This document shows, piece by piece, positions 28,310-37,330 of a stretch of 40,008 nucleotides of DNA. Under the pieces are notes generated by a model. The model made no database searches. It was not told the DNA's origin and saw only the letters and a list, made by a program, of their open reading frames with translations. Source of the stretch: Endomicrobiia bacterium. GTDB taxonomy: Bacteria; Elusimicrobiota; Endomicrobiia; DTEH01. Within the stretch, counting starts at the first letter, position 1. Each line of letters begins with the position of its first letter. A program made the position numbers and the translations under genes. The stretch covers positions 1-40,008 of the forward strand of contig JBCNUU010000009.1 of NCBI GenBank assembly GCA_039630545.1, read 5' to 3'.

Positions 28310-29674
28310 TTATTTATTTTTTATTTTTTCTATCATTCTGTTAACTATCTGCGCATAATAGGGATTTGTAGCAATAAGTTCTCTTATCTTCGTATAAGCA
28401 TGATACGCGGTGGTATGATCTTTTCTTCCAAAACTTTCAGCTATCTCTAAGTAAGACAGATCTGTAAGTTTCTTAGCTAAATACATACCAAATTGCCGTG
28501 GCAAAGCTAAAATTTCAGATCTCTTTTTAGATAAAAGTTCGTTTTTTGAAATTTTAAATTCTTCTGCAACAACCTCTATAATTTTCTGAATGTCTACAAC
28601 TTTAGGTTGAGGTTCAATTATATCCTTTAAGATCTCCTTTACCGTATCTATAGTTAAAGGAAGATTTTCTGTGATAGCTTTAGCTATCACTTTAAGCAAG
28701 GCTCCTTCTAACCTTCTTATGTTTTCAGTAATATTTTCTGCAATGTATTTTAACACATCCTCAGGTACAAAAACTTTTTGTTTTTGTGCTTTATGTTTTA
28801 AAATAGCTAATCTGAGTTCCAAGGAAGGTCTTCCTATATCTGCTACTACTCCCCATTCAAATCTGCTTATTAGTCTTTCTTCTATACCTTTTAATTCCTG
28901 AGGTTTTCTGTCTGAAGCAATTATTATCTGTTTTTTGTTATCAAAAAGAATATTAAATATATGAAAGAATTCTTCTTGAGATTTCTCTTTTCCAATAAGG
29001 AATTGTACATCGTCTAAAAGTAAAGCTATTGCATTTTGAAATTTTGATCTAAAAGAATCTATTTTTCCATTTTGAATTGCAGAAATATAATCAGATACAA
29101 ATTTATCAGCAGTAATATAAGCTATTCTAAATTTACTTGACATTTCTAACATTTTATTTCCTACAGCGTGCAAAAGATGAGTTTTACCTAAACCTACTGG
29201 AGCATAAATAAAAACAGGATTGTATGCAGAACCAGGTTGATTAGCCGCTGTTTCACAGACTGCTTTAGCAAACCTGTTTGATTCATCAACTATGAAATTC
29301 TCAAAAGTATATTCAGGATTGAAAGTTTCTTTTAATACAAATACTTTCTCAGGGATATATTCATAATCTACTTTTTCTTCAGGAAAAATTTGTTGAGATG
29401 AAGATATATCATAGATATACTCAATTTTAACCTCCAATGAGTCAGAACACTTCAACTCTTCACTTATAATTCGCTTAATTTTCTCTAAATATCCGTTAGA
29501 AATTAACCAATCAGAAAAATATTTATTAGGAACCAAAAGAATAACAAACTCCTCAGTTATTTCCTTTATTGACAAAGGCGAAACCCACAATTCTAATTTT
29601 TGTTCATCTAATCCACCAAAAACTACTTCCTTTATTTTTTCCCATAGTTTTTGAGTATCTACTTTTTTATCCAT
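28310..29674 (-). CDS. dnaA: Chromosomal replication initiator DnaA
   Basis: YTFENFI...SNRFA, YNP.FIY..VGLGKTHL, DDVQF, QEEFFH.FN, RL.SRFEWG, NIR.LEGAL, PRQ..MYL, DHTT. Confidence 0.98.
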   Translation of the reverse strand: MDKKVDTQKLWEKIKEVVFGGLDEQKLELWVSPLSIKEITEEFVILLVPNKYFSDWLISNGYLEKIKRIISEELKCSDSLEVKIEYIYDISSSQQIFPEEKVDYEYIPEKVFVLKETFNPEYTFENFIVDESNRFAKAVCETAANQPGSAYNPVFIYAPVGLGKTHLLHAVGNKMLEMSSKFRIAYITADKFVSDYISAIQNGKIDSFRSKFQNAIALLLDDVQFLIGKEKSQEEFFHIFNILFDNKKQIIIASDRKPQELKGIEERLISRFEWGVVADIGRPSLELRLAILKHKAQKQKVFVPEDVLKYIAENITENIRRLEGALLKVIAKAITENLPLTIDTVKEILKDIIEPQPKVVDIQKIIEVVAEEFKISKNELLSKKRSEILALPRQFGMYLAKKLTDLSYLEIAESFGRKDHTTAYHAYTKIRELIATNPYYAQIVNRMIEKIKNK

Positions 29675-29718
29675 ATCTGTGGATAACTTTGTGGATAACT
29701 TTTATTTTTTGTGGATTT
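29667..29718 (-). promoter_or_regulatory. Cluster of DnaA boxes immediately upstream of and overlapping the dnaA start
   Basis: Perfect TGTGGATAA (=TTATCCACA) at 29678-29686 and 29690-29698; TGTGGATTT at 29710-29718; opposite-orientation TTATCCATA at 29667-29675 over the start codon. Confidence 0.85.
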
Positions 29719-30494
29719 TATATTAAATTCCTTAATTTTTCAGTTATTTTTTTGTATCCATAAATATCCACTTCATTTGGTCTTTGAGTAGGTTTTATGC
29801 CTGAATCTAAAAGGAGTTTTTTTATTAAATTTTTTTCTAAATTTAATTCTAAACTTAAAGAATTTAAAAGAGTTTTTCTTTTATGGATAAAAGCCATATC
29901 TATTATTTTCATTATAAGTTGTTTACTATTATATTCTAAGAATTCAAAATTAGGCAAAAACTTTAACACAGTAGAATCAACCTTAGGTTTGGGATAAAAA
30001 TTATCTTTGGCTACTTCACAAATTTTTTCTACATTACTATAAAAATTAACAATTAAAGTCAACTTACCAAAAAACTTACTTTTAGGTTTTGCTAAAATTT
30101 TATAAGCAACTTCTTTTTGTACCATAATAACACATATCTTCCATAAATTATTCAATGGTAAAATCTTGTGCAAAATTTCTGAAGTGATACTATATGGAAT
30201 ATTTCCTACTATTTTTAGATTTTTTTCCTTTATGGTTTCCAAATTTAAGTCTAAAAAATTTAAATTCAAAATTTCAATATCTTTTCTTAAAGCAAATTTT
30301 TTTACTAAAAAGTCTACTAAATTTTTATCAATTTCAACCACATATATCTTTTTTACTTTTCCTATAAAAGCCTCTGTCAATGCTCCTTTTCCACCACCTA
30401 TTTCTAAGACCGTATCTTCATAAGAAAGCTCCAGTGCTTCTATTATTTTTTGAACTATTTTTTTATTAACCAAAAAGTGCTGTCCAAAATCCAT
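29718..30494 (-). CDS. rsmA: 16S rRNA m6,2A1518/1519 dimethyltransferase
   Basis: GQHFL, VLEIG.G.GALT, VEID, GNIPY.ITS, MVQKEVA, F.PKPKVDS, F..KRKTL.N. Confidence 0.96.
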   Translation of the reverse strand: MDFGQHFLVNKKIVQKIIEALELSYEDTVLEIGGGKGALTEAFIGKVKKIYVVEIDKNLVDFLVKKFALRKDIEILNLNFLDLNLETIKEKNLKIVGNIPYSITSEILHKILPLNNLWKICVIMVQKEVAYKILAKPKSKFFGKLTLIVNFYSNVEKICEVAKDNFYPKPKVDSTVLKFLPNFEFLEYNSKQLIMKIIDMAFIHKRKTLLNSLSLELNLEKNLIKKLLLDSGIKPTQRPNEVDIYGYKKITEKLRNLI

Positions 30495-30497
30495 AAA

Positions 30498-31937
30498 TTA
30501 TTTACCGACACAAAATTTTGAAAAAATAATATTTAAAATATCTTCTGTGATATCAAACCCTAAGATTTTCTTTAACTCTCTTAAAGCTTCTTTAAGATCT
30601 TCCACAACGAGTTCTGGTGAGGAAGTGATATCTTTATTTAGTGCTTTCTCAATTAGTTCTTTTACCTTCTTAAAAATTTCAAGCTGTCTTAAATTAGCAA
30701 CAAAAGTTCCCTCTCTAATGTCCTGTCCAATACTTAAATTTTCTTCAAATCCCAACATCTCAAATATTTTTTGTTGTAATTCTTTTATTCCTTCTTTTGT
30801 AATACAGGAAATAAAAACAGCTTCTTTTTTAAATCCTACCATGTCAAATAATTCTTTTAGCTTTTCCATATCATTTAAAATTACCATTGGTAGGTCTTTT
30901 TTATTAATTACCACGAGCAAATGTTTAGAACACTTTGTTTCCTGTTTGATAATTTGTCCTACTAAAAAGTCATCTTCTGTAAGTTTTCTTGAACCGTCTA
31001 ATAAAAGCAATATGACATTTGCTTCTCTTATAGCTTCTTTTGTCTTTTCAATACCTATTTTTTCAATTACATCATATTGTTGGTCTCTTATTCCAGCTGT
31101 ATCTACAATCCTTATCGGAAGTCCGTTTAAATTAATAGTTTCAGAAACCACATCTCTTGTGGTACCAGGAATTTCTGAGACTATTGCTCTTTCATAACTT
31201 AGCAAAATATTTAAAAGACTTGACTTTCCTACATTTACTTTTCCTACAATTGCTAAATTTATACCAGTGATTATTGGTGTAATTTTTTGAGAATTTTCTA
31301 TTAACAAAGAGATTTCTTCTTTTAATTTTAAAATTTCAGAATTCAAAGAAAAAAAATTTATATATTGAGAATCCTCCTCCTGTGGATATTCAATGCATAA
31401 TTCTATTTTAGCAATAATTTCCTCTATTTTTTCTACAAATTTTTGAATATTGTTTTTAACTTTGCCTAAAAGCGAGTGGATAAACAATTCTCTTTGAATT
31501 TCAGATTGAGAGTAAATCAAATCACACACAGCTTCTGCTTGAGTAAGGTCAATTCTACCGTTAAGAAAAGCTCTTTTTGTAAACTCGCCAGGTTCGGCTA
31601 ATCTTGCTCCTTTTTTTAAACATAACTCTACTATTTTTTTTAATACTACAGGTCCACCGTGACAGCTAAATTCTACTACGTCTTCGCATGTATAACTATG
31701 AGGAGACCGCATTATAGCTAAAAGTACTTCATCTATTATTTTTTTATCTTCTACTATGTAACCTAAATGAATAGTAAATGTTTTGAGTTGAGAAACAACT
31801 TTACTTTTGTTTTTAGGAACAAAAATTTCTTCTGCTATTTTTATAGCATTTTTACCACTCAATCTTACTATTCCTAAACCACCAAAACCTAAAGGCGTTG
31901 AAATTGCAACTATTGTATCTTCAAGATTATTAGACAT
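30498..31937 (-). CDS. mnmE: tRNA modification GTPase MnmE (TrmE)
   Basis: DTIVAIST, P.SYT.EDVVE..CHGG, GEFTKRAFLNGRIDL.QAEA, GK.NVGKSS, GTTRD, DTAG, NK.D, FCVGK. Confidence 0.98.
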   Translation of the reverse strand: MSNNLEDTIVAISTPLGFGGLGIVRLSGKNAIKIAEEIFVPKNKSKVVSQLKTFTIHLGYIVEDKKIIDEVLLAIMRSPHSYTCEDVVEFSCHGGPVVLKKIVELCLKKGARLAEPGEFTKRAFLNGRIDLTQAEAVCDLIYSQSEIQRELFIHSLLGKVKNNIQKFVEKIEEIIAKIELCIEYPQEEDSQYINFFSLNSEILKLKEEISLLIENSQKITPIITGINLAIVGKVNVGKSSLLNILLSYERAIVSEIPGTTRDVVSETINLNGLPIRIVDTAGIRDQQYDVIEKIGIEKTKEAIREANVILLLLDGSRKLTEDDFLVGQIIKQETKCSKHLLVVINKKDLPMVILNDMEKLKELFDMVGFKKEAVFISCITKEGIKELQQKIFEMLGFEENLSIGQDIREGTFVANLRQLEIFKKVKELIEKALNKDITSSPELVVEDLKEALRELKKILGFDITEDILNIIFSKFCVGK

Positions 31938-31945
31938 GATAGAAA

Positions 31946-32416
31946 TTAATCTAAAGAGGCAGAAACTTTAAAAGTTAGTTCTAATTTTTGCTTTAAAGAT
32001 AATTTTTTTAAAAAAGTTTCTGTTAGCAAATATATAGCATCGTAGATTTCTTTAGAGTTTACAGTATTAAAAGCTTCTTTCTCATTAAGAATAGCAATTA
32101 TTTCTACACTATCTTTTTTCATCTGTATGTCTGCTAATAAAATGGATTCTTTTACAAAATTGAGGAGTTTTATGAAGTAAAATTTAATAACATTTTCTAT
32201 TTTATCAAAATTTGGATAGACTTTTATTTTTGCTGGTTTGCTTCCTTTAAGACCAAAAAGTCCTTTTTGTCCCTCAAACAGAACTTTTATCTTTAGTTCA
32301 TCTTTAGTCATTTTTAACTCAGACAAAGCCTTTTTTATCGCGTCTTCTACTGAAGAACCTTCAAACTCTTCATTAAAAATTGCTGAATATTTATATTTAA
32401 GTGATTGTTCTATCAT
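31946..32416 (-). CDS. jag: Jag (KhpB/EloR) N-terminal domain protein, truncated
   Basis: G.SVEDAI..AL.EL......I.VL.EG.KG.FG..G.KPAKI.V (Jag_N); located between yidC and mnmE. Confidence 0.8.
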   Translation of the reverse strand: MIEQSLKYKYSAIFNEEFEGSSVEDAIKKALSELKMTKDELKIKVLFEGQKGLFGLKGSKPAKIKVYPNFDKIENVIKFYFIKLLNFVKESILLADIQMKKDSVEIIAILNEKEAFNTVNSKEIYDAIYLLTETFLKKLSLKQKLELTFKVSASLD

Positions 32417-32433
32417 AGTAAGCTTTATATAAT

Positions 32434-33921
32434 TTATACTCGGGTTGTAGTTCTGACTACTAGCAATTGAATTGCTATAGAGAAAAGATTATTTATAAAC
32501 CAGTATAGCACAAGTCCTGAAGGAAAACTAAAAAATAAAAATACAAAAATGACAGGCATCATTATAGAGATCGTTCTTTGTTGAGGATCAGAAAAACTGC
32601 CAGAAAGTATTTGTTGTACAATCATAGAAATACCCATTAGTAGAACTAATACAGGTATTCCAAAATTTACTCCTGGGATAAACAATTTGTCTGGTTTAGA
32701 TAGATCTTTAATCCATAAAATAAAACTTGCTCCTCTAAGATCATATGTATTTCTTAACATAGTAAATAACGCCCAAAAAATTGGTATTTGTAAAAGTAAA
32801 GGTAAGCATCCTCCAAAAGGATTTACTTTTTTTTCTCTATATAAATTCATAATTTCCATATTGAGACGTTTAGGGTCATCTTTATAGATTTTTTGCAAAA
32901 ACTGTATTTGCGGTTGGATATGCTTCATCTTTATTGTGGCTTTTATTGAGTTATAAGTCAAAGGAAATGTAAAAATTTGAAGAATAATAGTAAGCCCTAT
33001 TATCGCTAACCCGTAGTTACCAAATAATCTGTAAAAGTAAGTAAGTATGTTATAAAACAACTTACTTAAAAATGCAAAAGTACCCCAGTCAACAGTATGT
33101 ATGAGTTTTTCTGCTGCTGTTTTTAAAAGTGAAATCTTCTTAGGTCCAAGAAATAACTTAATTTTATAGTTTGCAGTTGGTGAAGTTACAACCAATAATC
33201 TTTTTTTATTTTTATCAACTTTATTTATCTCTATTTCTTCTAAATAATTATTTTCAAAAATAACAGTTGAAATAAAATACCTACTGCTTAAAGCAACCCA
33301 TTTAAGTTTATCCTGTTTATAAAATTTTCCTTTATTTATTTTTTCAACTACTAAAACTTCTTTTGAAGCAGTAGGTTGTGTCTTACATATGTATCCAATA
33401 TTTGGTTCTTTTATATCTTCGTCAGAATGAATATAACCTTCAAAAAATACTTTTATACTTTCTGACGAATTTCTATTTATTTCTACATCAACAAAATAGG
33501 GTTTATTATCATCAATATAATAACTACATCTAATATTTTTTTCTTTTGATTCAAATCTAACAACCAGTGTGTTGTTCTGTTTGAAAGTTTCTGCTTTATT
33601 ATAATAATATCCATCGTTTAGTTGATGCCCAAAAATATCTTTATCTTCTTTACATAATAAAATAAAATCTTCTTTATGCGGTTCTTTTAAATAAACTTCT
33701 CTTATGGCTGCTGTATGTTTATTAAAAATAATTCTAAGATATTTTGTTTCTACATTTAAAGGCACAAAACTGAATAGATTTTCAGGTAATTTTTTTTCAA
33801 CTTCTTTTTTGTTAATTGGTTGTGAAATATCTTTTTCTATTTGTGGCTTATAAAATACATACTGCCACAAGAATAAAAATCCTAAAGAAAGCAAAATAGC
33901 TAAAATTAATCTTCTTTCCAT
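32434..33921 (-). CDS. yidC: Membrane protein insertase YidC
   Basis: N-terminal TM, periplasmic domain, VDWG, GNYGLAII.LT, LY...VNP.GGCLP..LQIPI, LWI.DLS.PD, PSGLVLYW..NN. Confidence 0.97.
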   Translation of the reverse strand: MERRLILAILLSLGFLFLWQYVFYKPQIEKDISQPINKKEVEKKLPENLFSFVPLNVETKYLRIIFNKHTAAIREVYLKEPHKEDFILLCKEDKDIFGHQLNDGYYYNKAETFKQNNTLVVRFESKEKNIRCSYYIDDNKPYFVDVEINRNSSESIKVFFEGYIHSDEDIKEPNIGYICKTQPTASKEVLVVEKINKGKFYKQDKLKWVALSSRYFISTVIFENNYLEEIEINKVDKNKKRLLVVTSPTANYKIKLFLGPKKISLLKTAAEKLIHTVDWGTFAFLSKLFYNILTYFYRLFGNYGLAIIGLTIILQIFTFPLTYNSIKATIKMKHIQPQIQFLQKIYKDDPKRLNMEIMNLYREKKVNPFGGCLPLLLQIPIFWALFTMLRNTYDLRGASFILWIKDLSKPDKLFIPGVNFGIPVLVLLMGISMIVQQILSGSFSDPQQRTISIMMPVIFVFLFFSFPSGLVLYWFINNLFSIAIQLLVVRTTTRV

Positions 33922-33939
33922 AAATTAACCCTCTTTCAG

Positions 33940-34146
33940 TTAAGGAAAATCAACACCACCAGAGTTAAAAGGATGGCATCTTGCTATTCTAAGAATTGTT
34001 TTTATAATACCAAATACTACACCATATTTTTCCAGTGCAATTAAAGCATATTCAGAACATGTTGGATAAAATCTACAATTTTTACCTAATAGAGGAGATA
34101 TAAAATTTCTATAAAAGTTGATAAATAACTTAATAAAGAAATTCAT
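33940..34146 (-). CDS. yidD: Membrane protein insertion efficiency factor YidD
   Basis: ISP....[25 protein letters not shown]. Confidence 0.97.
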   Translation of the reverse strand: MNFFIKLFINFYRNFISPLLGKNCRFYPTCSEYALIALEKYGVVFGIIKTILRIARCHPFNSGGVDFP

Positions 34147-34516
34147 TTTTTATCAAGTTTTTTTCTTTTAATATATTTAAAAAAATTTCTTCTAAAACTT
34201 TATATTTTAACCTTATAGAATCTTTTGTAGCAATAACTATTATGTCAACCGGATATAAAATTTTATGTTTATTTAACCTGAATATTTCTCTTATCCTTCG
34301 TTTGAATTTGTTTCTTACAACAGCTAATTTTTCAACCTTGCTAGATACTAAAACTGCTAAACGAGAAAATTTATTAGCTTGATTTTTATACAAGTAAAAA
34401 ATAACCCCCCTTGAAAAAATTTTTTCACCATTTTTTAAAACTGTTTCTATTTCTTTTTGTTTTGAAATTCTTTCATATTTTTTAAACGTAAATTTAAGCT
34501 CATAGTTGTTAGTCAT
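34130..34516 (-). CDS. rnpA: Ribonuclease P protein component
   Basis: F.K.ERI, RL...[18 protein letters not shown] (RNR motif); follows rpmH. Confidence 0.95.
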   Translation of the reverse strand: MTNNYELKFTFKKYERISKQKEIETVLKNGEKIFSRGVIFYLYKNQANKFSRLAVLVSSKVEKLAVVRNKFKRRIREIFRLNKHKILYPVDIIVIATKDSIRLKYKVLEEIFLNILKEKNLIKNEFLY

Positions 34517-34524
34517 TTTACTTT

Positions 34525-34662
34525 TTAAGGAGTTAATTTCCAGCGTCCTTTTTTTCTCCTTCTTTTTATAACTCTTCTACCACCAGGAGTTGACATCCTT
34601 TTTAAAAATCCGTGAACTTTCTTTTTATATCTTACAGATGGTTGATAAGTTTGTTTCGTCAT
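34525..34662 (-). CDS. rpmH: 50S ribosomal protein L34
   Basis: Below the ORF-track cutoff. Manual translation [51 protein letters not shown] Shine-Dalgarno upstream. Confidence 0.97.
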   Translation of the reverse strand: MTKQTYQPSVRYKKKVHGFLKRMSTPGGRRVIKRRRKKGRWKLTP

Positions 34663-34696
34663 AATTTTCTCCTTTTAATGTGTGATTTGAAGTATA

Positions 34697-34725
34697 AATA
34701 TACTCAAATTAAAATAAATTGTCAA
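34697..34725 (-). promoter_or_regulatory. Putative sigma70 promoter of the rpmH operon, TTGACA-N17-TATATT
   Basis: Perfect -35 at 34725-34720 and -10 at 34702-34697. Confidence 0.65.
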
Positions 34726-34746
34726 TATAATTTAATTCTGAAAATT

Positions 34747-35811
34747 TTATTTTGCTGATACATTTTCTAAGTTGAATTCTTTAATTACATTAAAAAATTT
34801 AGGATTTTCAAAAATACTAAAAGCGTTAAAAAAACACACACCTTCTACACATTCAGTAGTAGTGTTAAAGGAAATTTCAATTTGTTTTTTAAGGGTATTC
34901 TCTGTCATGGTTTTCAAATATACACCAATTCCCATAATAAGTTTTGTGTTTGAATTCTTTACTGTCTGAATGTTTTCTAAAAGATACTTATAAAAAGTGT
35001 CATAATCAGATGTATATGACATAGGAACCACAAAGTCTAACCAGCCATTTTTCACCCATAGTTCCCATTGTTGAGATATATGATTTTTTTTAGCATTAGT
35101 AGGAGAAGCAAAGACAGCACAAGAAAATATTATATTTTTGTTGTGGTTTTTTACAAGATAATAAGCTTCCTTCACAAAAGAAGAGATTAAATCGCATTTA
35201 AATTGATAAAAATCAGGATCTTTTGGATCTGGTGATTTTCCATATTGTTGAGTATATAAATTCACACTATGAGGATTAAACCCTATATCTTTATAACCTT
35301 CATATCGAATTCTATCTAACTGAATACCATCTATTTGATAATTTTGTAAAATTTCTTTAATAATGTTTAGAATCCTTACTCTTACTTCCTTTATTGCAGG
35401 TGATGTCCATCTTGTTTTTTTTCCATTTTTTCTTATTTCCATATAATCCGGGTGTTTTAAAGCAAAATCTTCTCCTTCCATAAATACATTTAAGTAAGCA
35501 TGAATCTTTATATTTTTTTGTTTTGACTTCTTTATTACATAATCTAATACATCCCACTCACAAGCTTGTTTCATATATTTTGTCTTATAGTAGCCTAGAC
35601 CGTTATGATCTTTTACAAGGAAAAATATATTATTTATTTTCAACTTCTCAAATTTTTCAAAATGTTCATCTATTTTCTTTTTAGCTGAAATTTCATCTTT
35701 AAGATCTATTTTATAAGCGTTATACCACACAGCATAAATTTTTTCTGAGGGAAAGATAAAATTCCAGTTAAGTAGTTTGATAAAAAATATAACACTAAAA
35801 ATCTTTTTCAT
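34747..35811 (-). CDS. Glycosyl hydrolase-like family 10 (GHL10/DUF187) exported protein
   Basis: Signal-like N-terminus; WD.L..........I.IHA, SPA..EVR, Y.IDGIQLD.IRY, Q.W..W...G..D...PM.Y TIM-barrel motifs. Confidence 0.85.
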   Translation of the reverse strand: MKKIFSVIFFIKLLNWNFIFPSEKIYAVWYNAYKIDLKDEISAKKKIDEHFEKFEKLKINNIFFLVKDHNGLGYYKTKYMKQACEWDVLDYVIKKSKQKNIKIHAYLNVFMEGEDFALKHPDYMEIRKNGKKTRWTSPAIKEVRVRILNIIKEILQNYQIDGIQLDRIRYEGYKDIGFNPHSVNLYTQQYGKSPDPKDPDFYQFKCDLISSFVKEAYYLVKNHNKNIIFSCAVFASPTNAKKNHISQQWELWVKNGWLDFVVPMSYTSDYDTFYKYLLENIQTVKNSNTKLIMGIGVYLKTMTENTLKKQIEISFNTTTECVEGVCFFNAFSIFENPKFFNVIKEFNLENVSAK

Positions 35812-37330
35812 TTAGCATTTCTTTTAAAATCTGCTGAGCTTTAACTGGATCAGCTTTACCTTTTGTCTTTTTCATTACCTGTCCCATTAATGCCGATATT
35901 GCTTGAAATTTACCAGATTTATAATCTGCTACTATGTTTGGGTTTTGTAAGATAACTTCTCTAACAATTTCTTTAAGCTGTTCAACATCAGAAATTTGAG
36001 ATAAACCTTTCTGTTGGACAATTTCTTTAGGGGACTTTTTTGTTTCCCAAACTTCATGTAGGATTTCTTTAAGAAGTTTTGAAGACAGAATTTTATCATT
36101 ATAAAGTTTTACTGCTTCTGCAAGATATTCTTCTTTTATTTTATTTTCTTCAAAAGACAATCCTTCTTGATTTAACAGGCCTAAAATTTCTGTAATTATA
36201 AGATTACTTACCGTTTTTGCTACATTAGTAAGGTCTGAATTTTTTAATTCATAATTTTTTATATATACTGCCATAGTTTTTTCAAAATATTCCGAGATAG
36301 TTTTTTCTGAAACAAGAATGTTTATATCATAATCAGGTAAGTTAAATGTTTTTTTGAATCTCTTTTTTTTCTGAAGAGGTAGTTCCGGTAAGCTTTTTTT
36401 TAATTCTTCAATCCAGGAAGTTTCAATTTCTAATGGTAAAAGATCGGGTTCTGGGAAATATCTATAATCATGTGCTTCTTCTTTTGTTCTCATAGATTTA
36501 GTTATACCTAAATTTTCGTCCCAAAGACGTGTTTCTTGAACTATTTTATTATTTGATAAAAGGATTTCTTTTTGCCTTTCAATTTCATAAGTTAAAGCTT
36601 CTTTTATTGCCTTAAATGAGTTCATATTTTTAATCTCTGTCTTGGTTCCTAATTTTAGCTTATTATAATCACCATCAAAATTGTCATTTAGCTTAGTGAT
36701 AGAAACATTTGCGTCTACTCTAAAAGTTCCCTTTTCTAAATCGCAATCTGAAACTTCTATAAAACGTAAAATGTCTCTTAAAGCAACTAAATATGAAATT
36801 GCTTCCTCAACTGAATACAAACATGGTTGACTTACTATTTCTAAAAGAGGAGTTCCTGCACGGTTATAATCTACAAGTGAATATCCAAGTTCTTCTTTAC
36901 CTATAGCGTGTAGAAGTTTTCCAGCATCTTCTTCTATGTGGACCCTTTTTATAAAGACTTTTTTATATTCATTATTTTCTTTTAATTCCACTTCAACATA
37001 TCCATCGGTAGCAATAGGTTGTTCATATTGGGTAATTTGGTAATTTTTAGGAAGGTCTGGATAATAGTAATTTTTTCTTGCAAAAATGGATTCATTATGA
37101 ATTTTACAATTAAGTGCTAAAGCTGTTTTTATAGCTAGTTCTATTGCTTTTTTATTTACTACTGGTAAAACTCCTGGTTGACCAGTACATACTGGACATA
37201 TATTTTTATTTGGTTCAACTCCGAACTCCACACTACAGTCACAAAACATCTTTGTTTTGGTTTTAAGTTGGACATGAACTTCAAGTCCTATTACTGGCAA
37301 AAATGTTTTTGGTGTAGAAATACCATTCAT
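35795..37330 (-). CDS. gatB: Asp-tRNA(Asn)/Glu-tRNA(Gln) amidotransferase subunit B
   Basis: VIGLEVHVQL.TKTKMFC, PG.LPV.N, RKNYYYPDLPK.YQI, EEDAGK, D.NRAG.PL.EIV, EIKNMNSF, DYRYFPEPDL. Confidence 0.98.
   Translation of the reverse strand: MNGISTPKTFLPVIGLEVHVQLKTKTKMFCDCSVEFGVEPNKNICPVCTGQPGVLPVVNKKAIELAIKTALALNCKIHNESIFARKNYYYPDLPKNYQITQYEQPIATDGYVEVELKENNEYKKVFIKRVHIEEDAGKLLHAIGKEELGYSLVDYNRAGTPLLEIVSQPCLYSVEEAISYLVALRDILRFIEVSDCDLEKGTFRVDANVSITKLNDNFDGDYNKLKLGTKTEIKNMNSFKAIKEALTYEIERQKEILLSNNKIVQETRLWDENLGITKSMRTKEEAHDYRYFPEPDLLPLEIETSWIEELKKSLPELPLQKKKRFKKTFNLPDYDINILVSEKTISEYFEKTMAVYIKNYELKNSDLTNVAKTVSNLIITEILGLLNQEGLSFEENKIKEEYLAEAVKLYNDKILSSKLLKEILHEVWETKKSPKEIVQQKGLSQISDVEQLKEIVREVILQNPNIVADYKSGKFQAISALMGQVMKKTKGKADPVKAQQILKEMLNEKDF

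Noticed and set aside
29675..29717. Calling this site a complete oriC
   Set aside because: Only 43 nt, no visible DUE or DnaA-trio run, no dnaN, and no switch in gene orientation; kept only as a DnaA-box cluster
30547..31197. 216-aa plus-strand ORF antisense to mnmE
   Set aside because: In-register shadow of mnmE codons, rich in Ser/Phe/Ile with no motif; expected from codon bias
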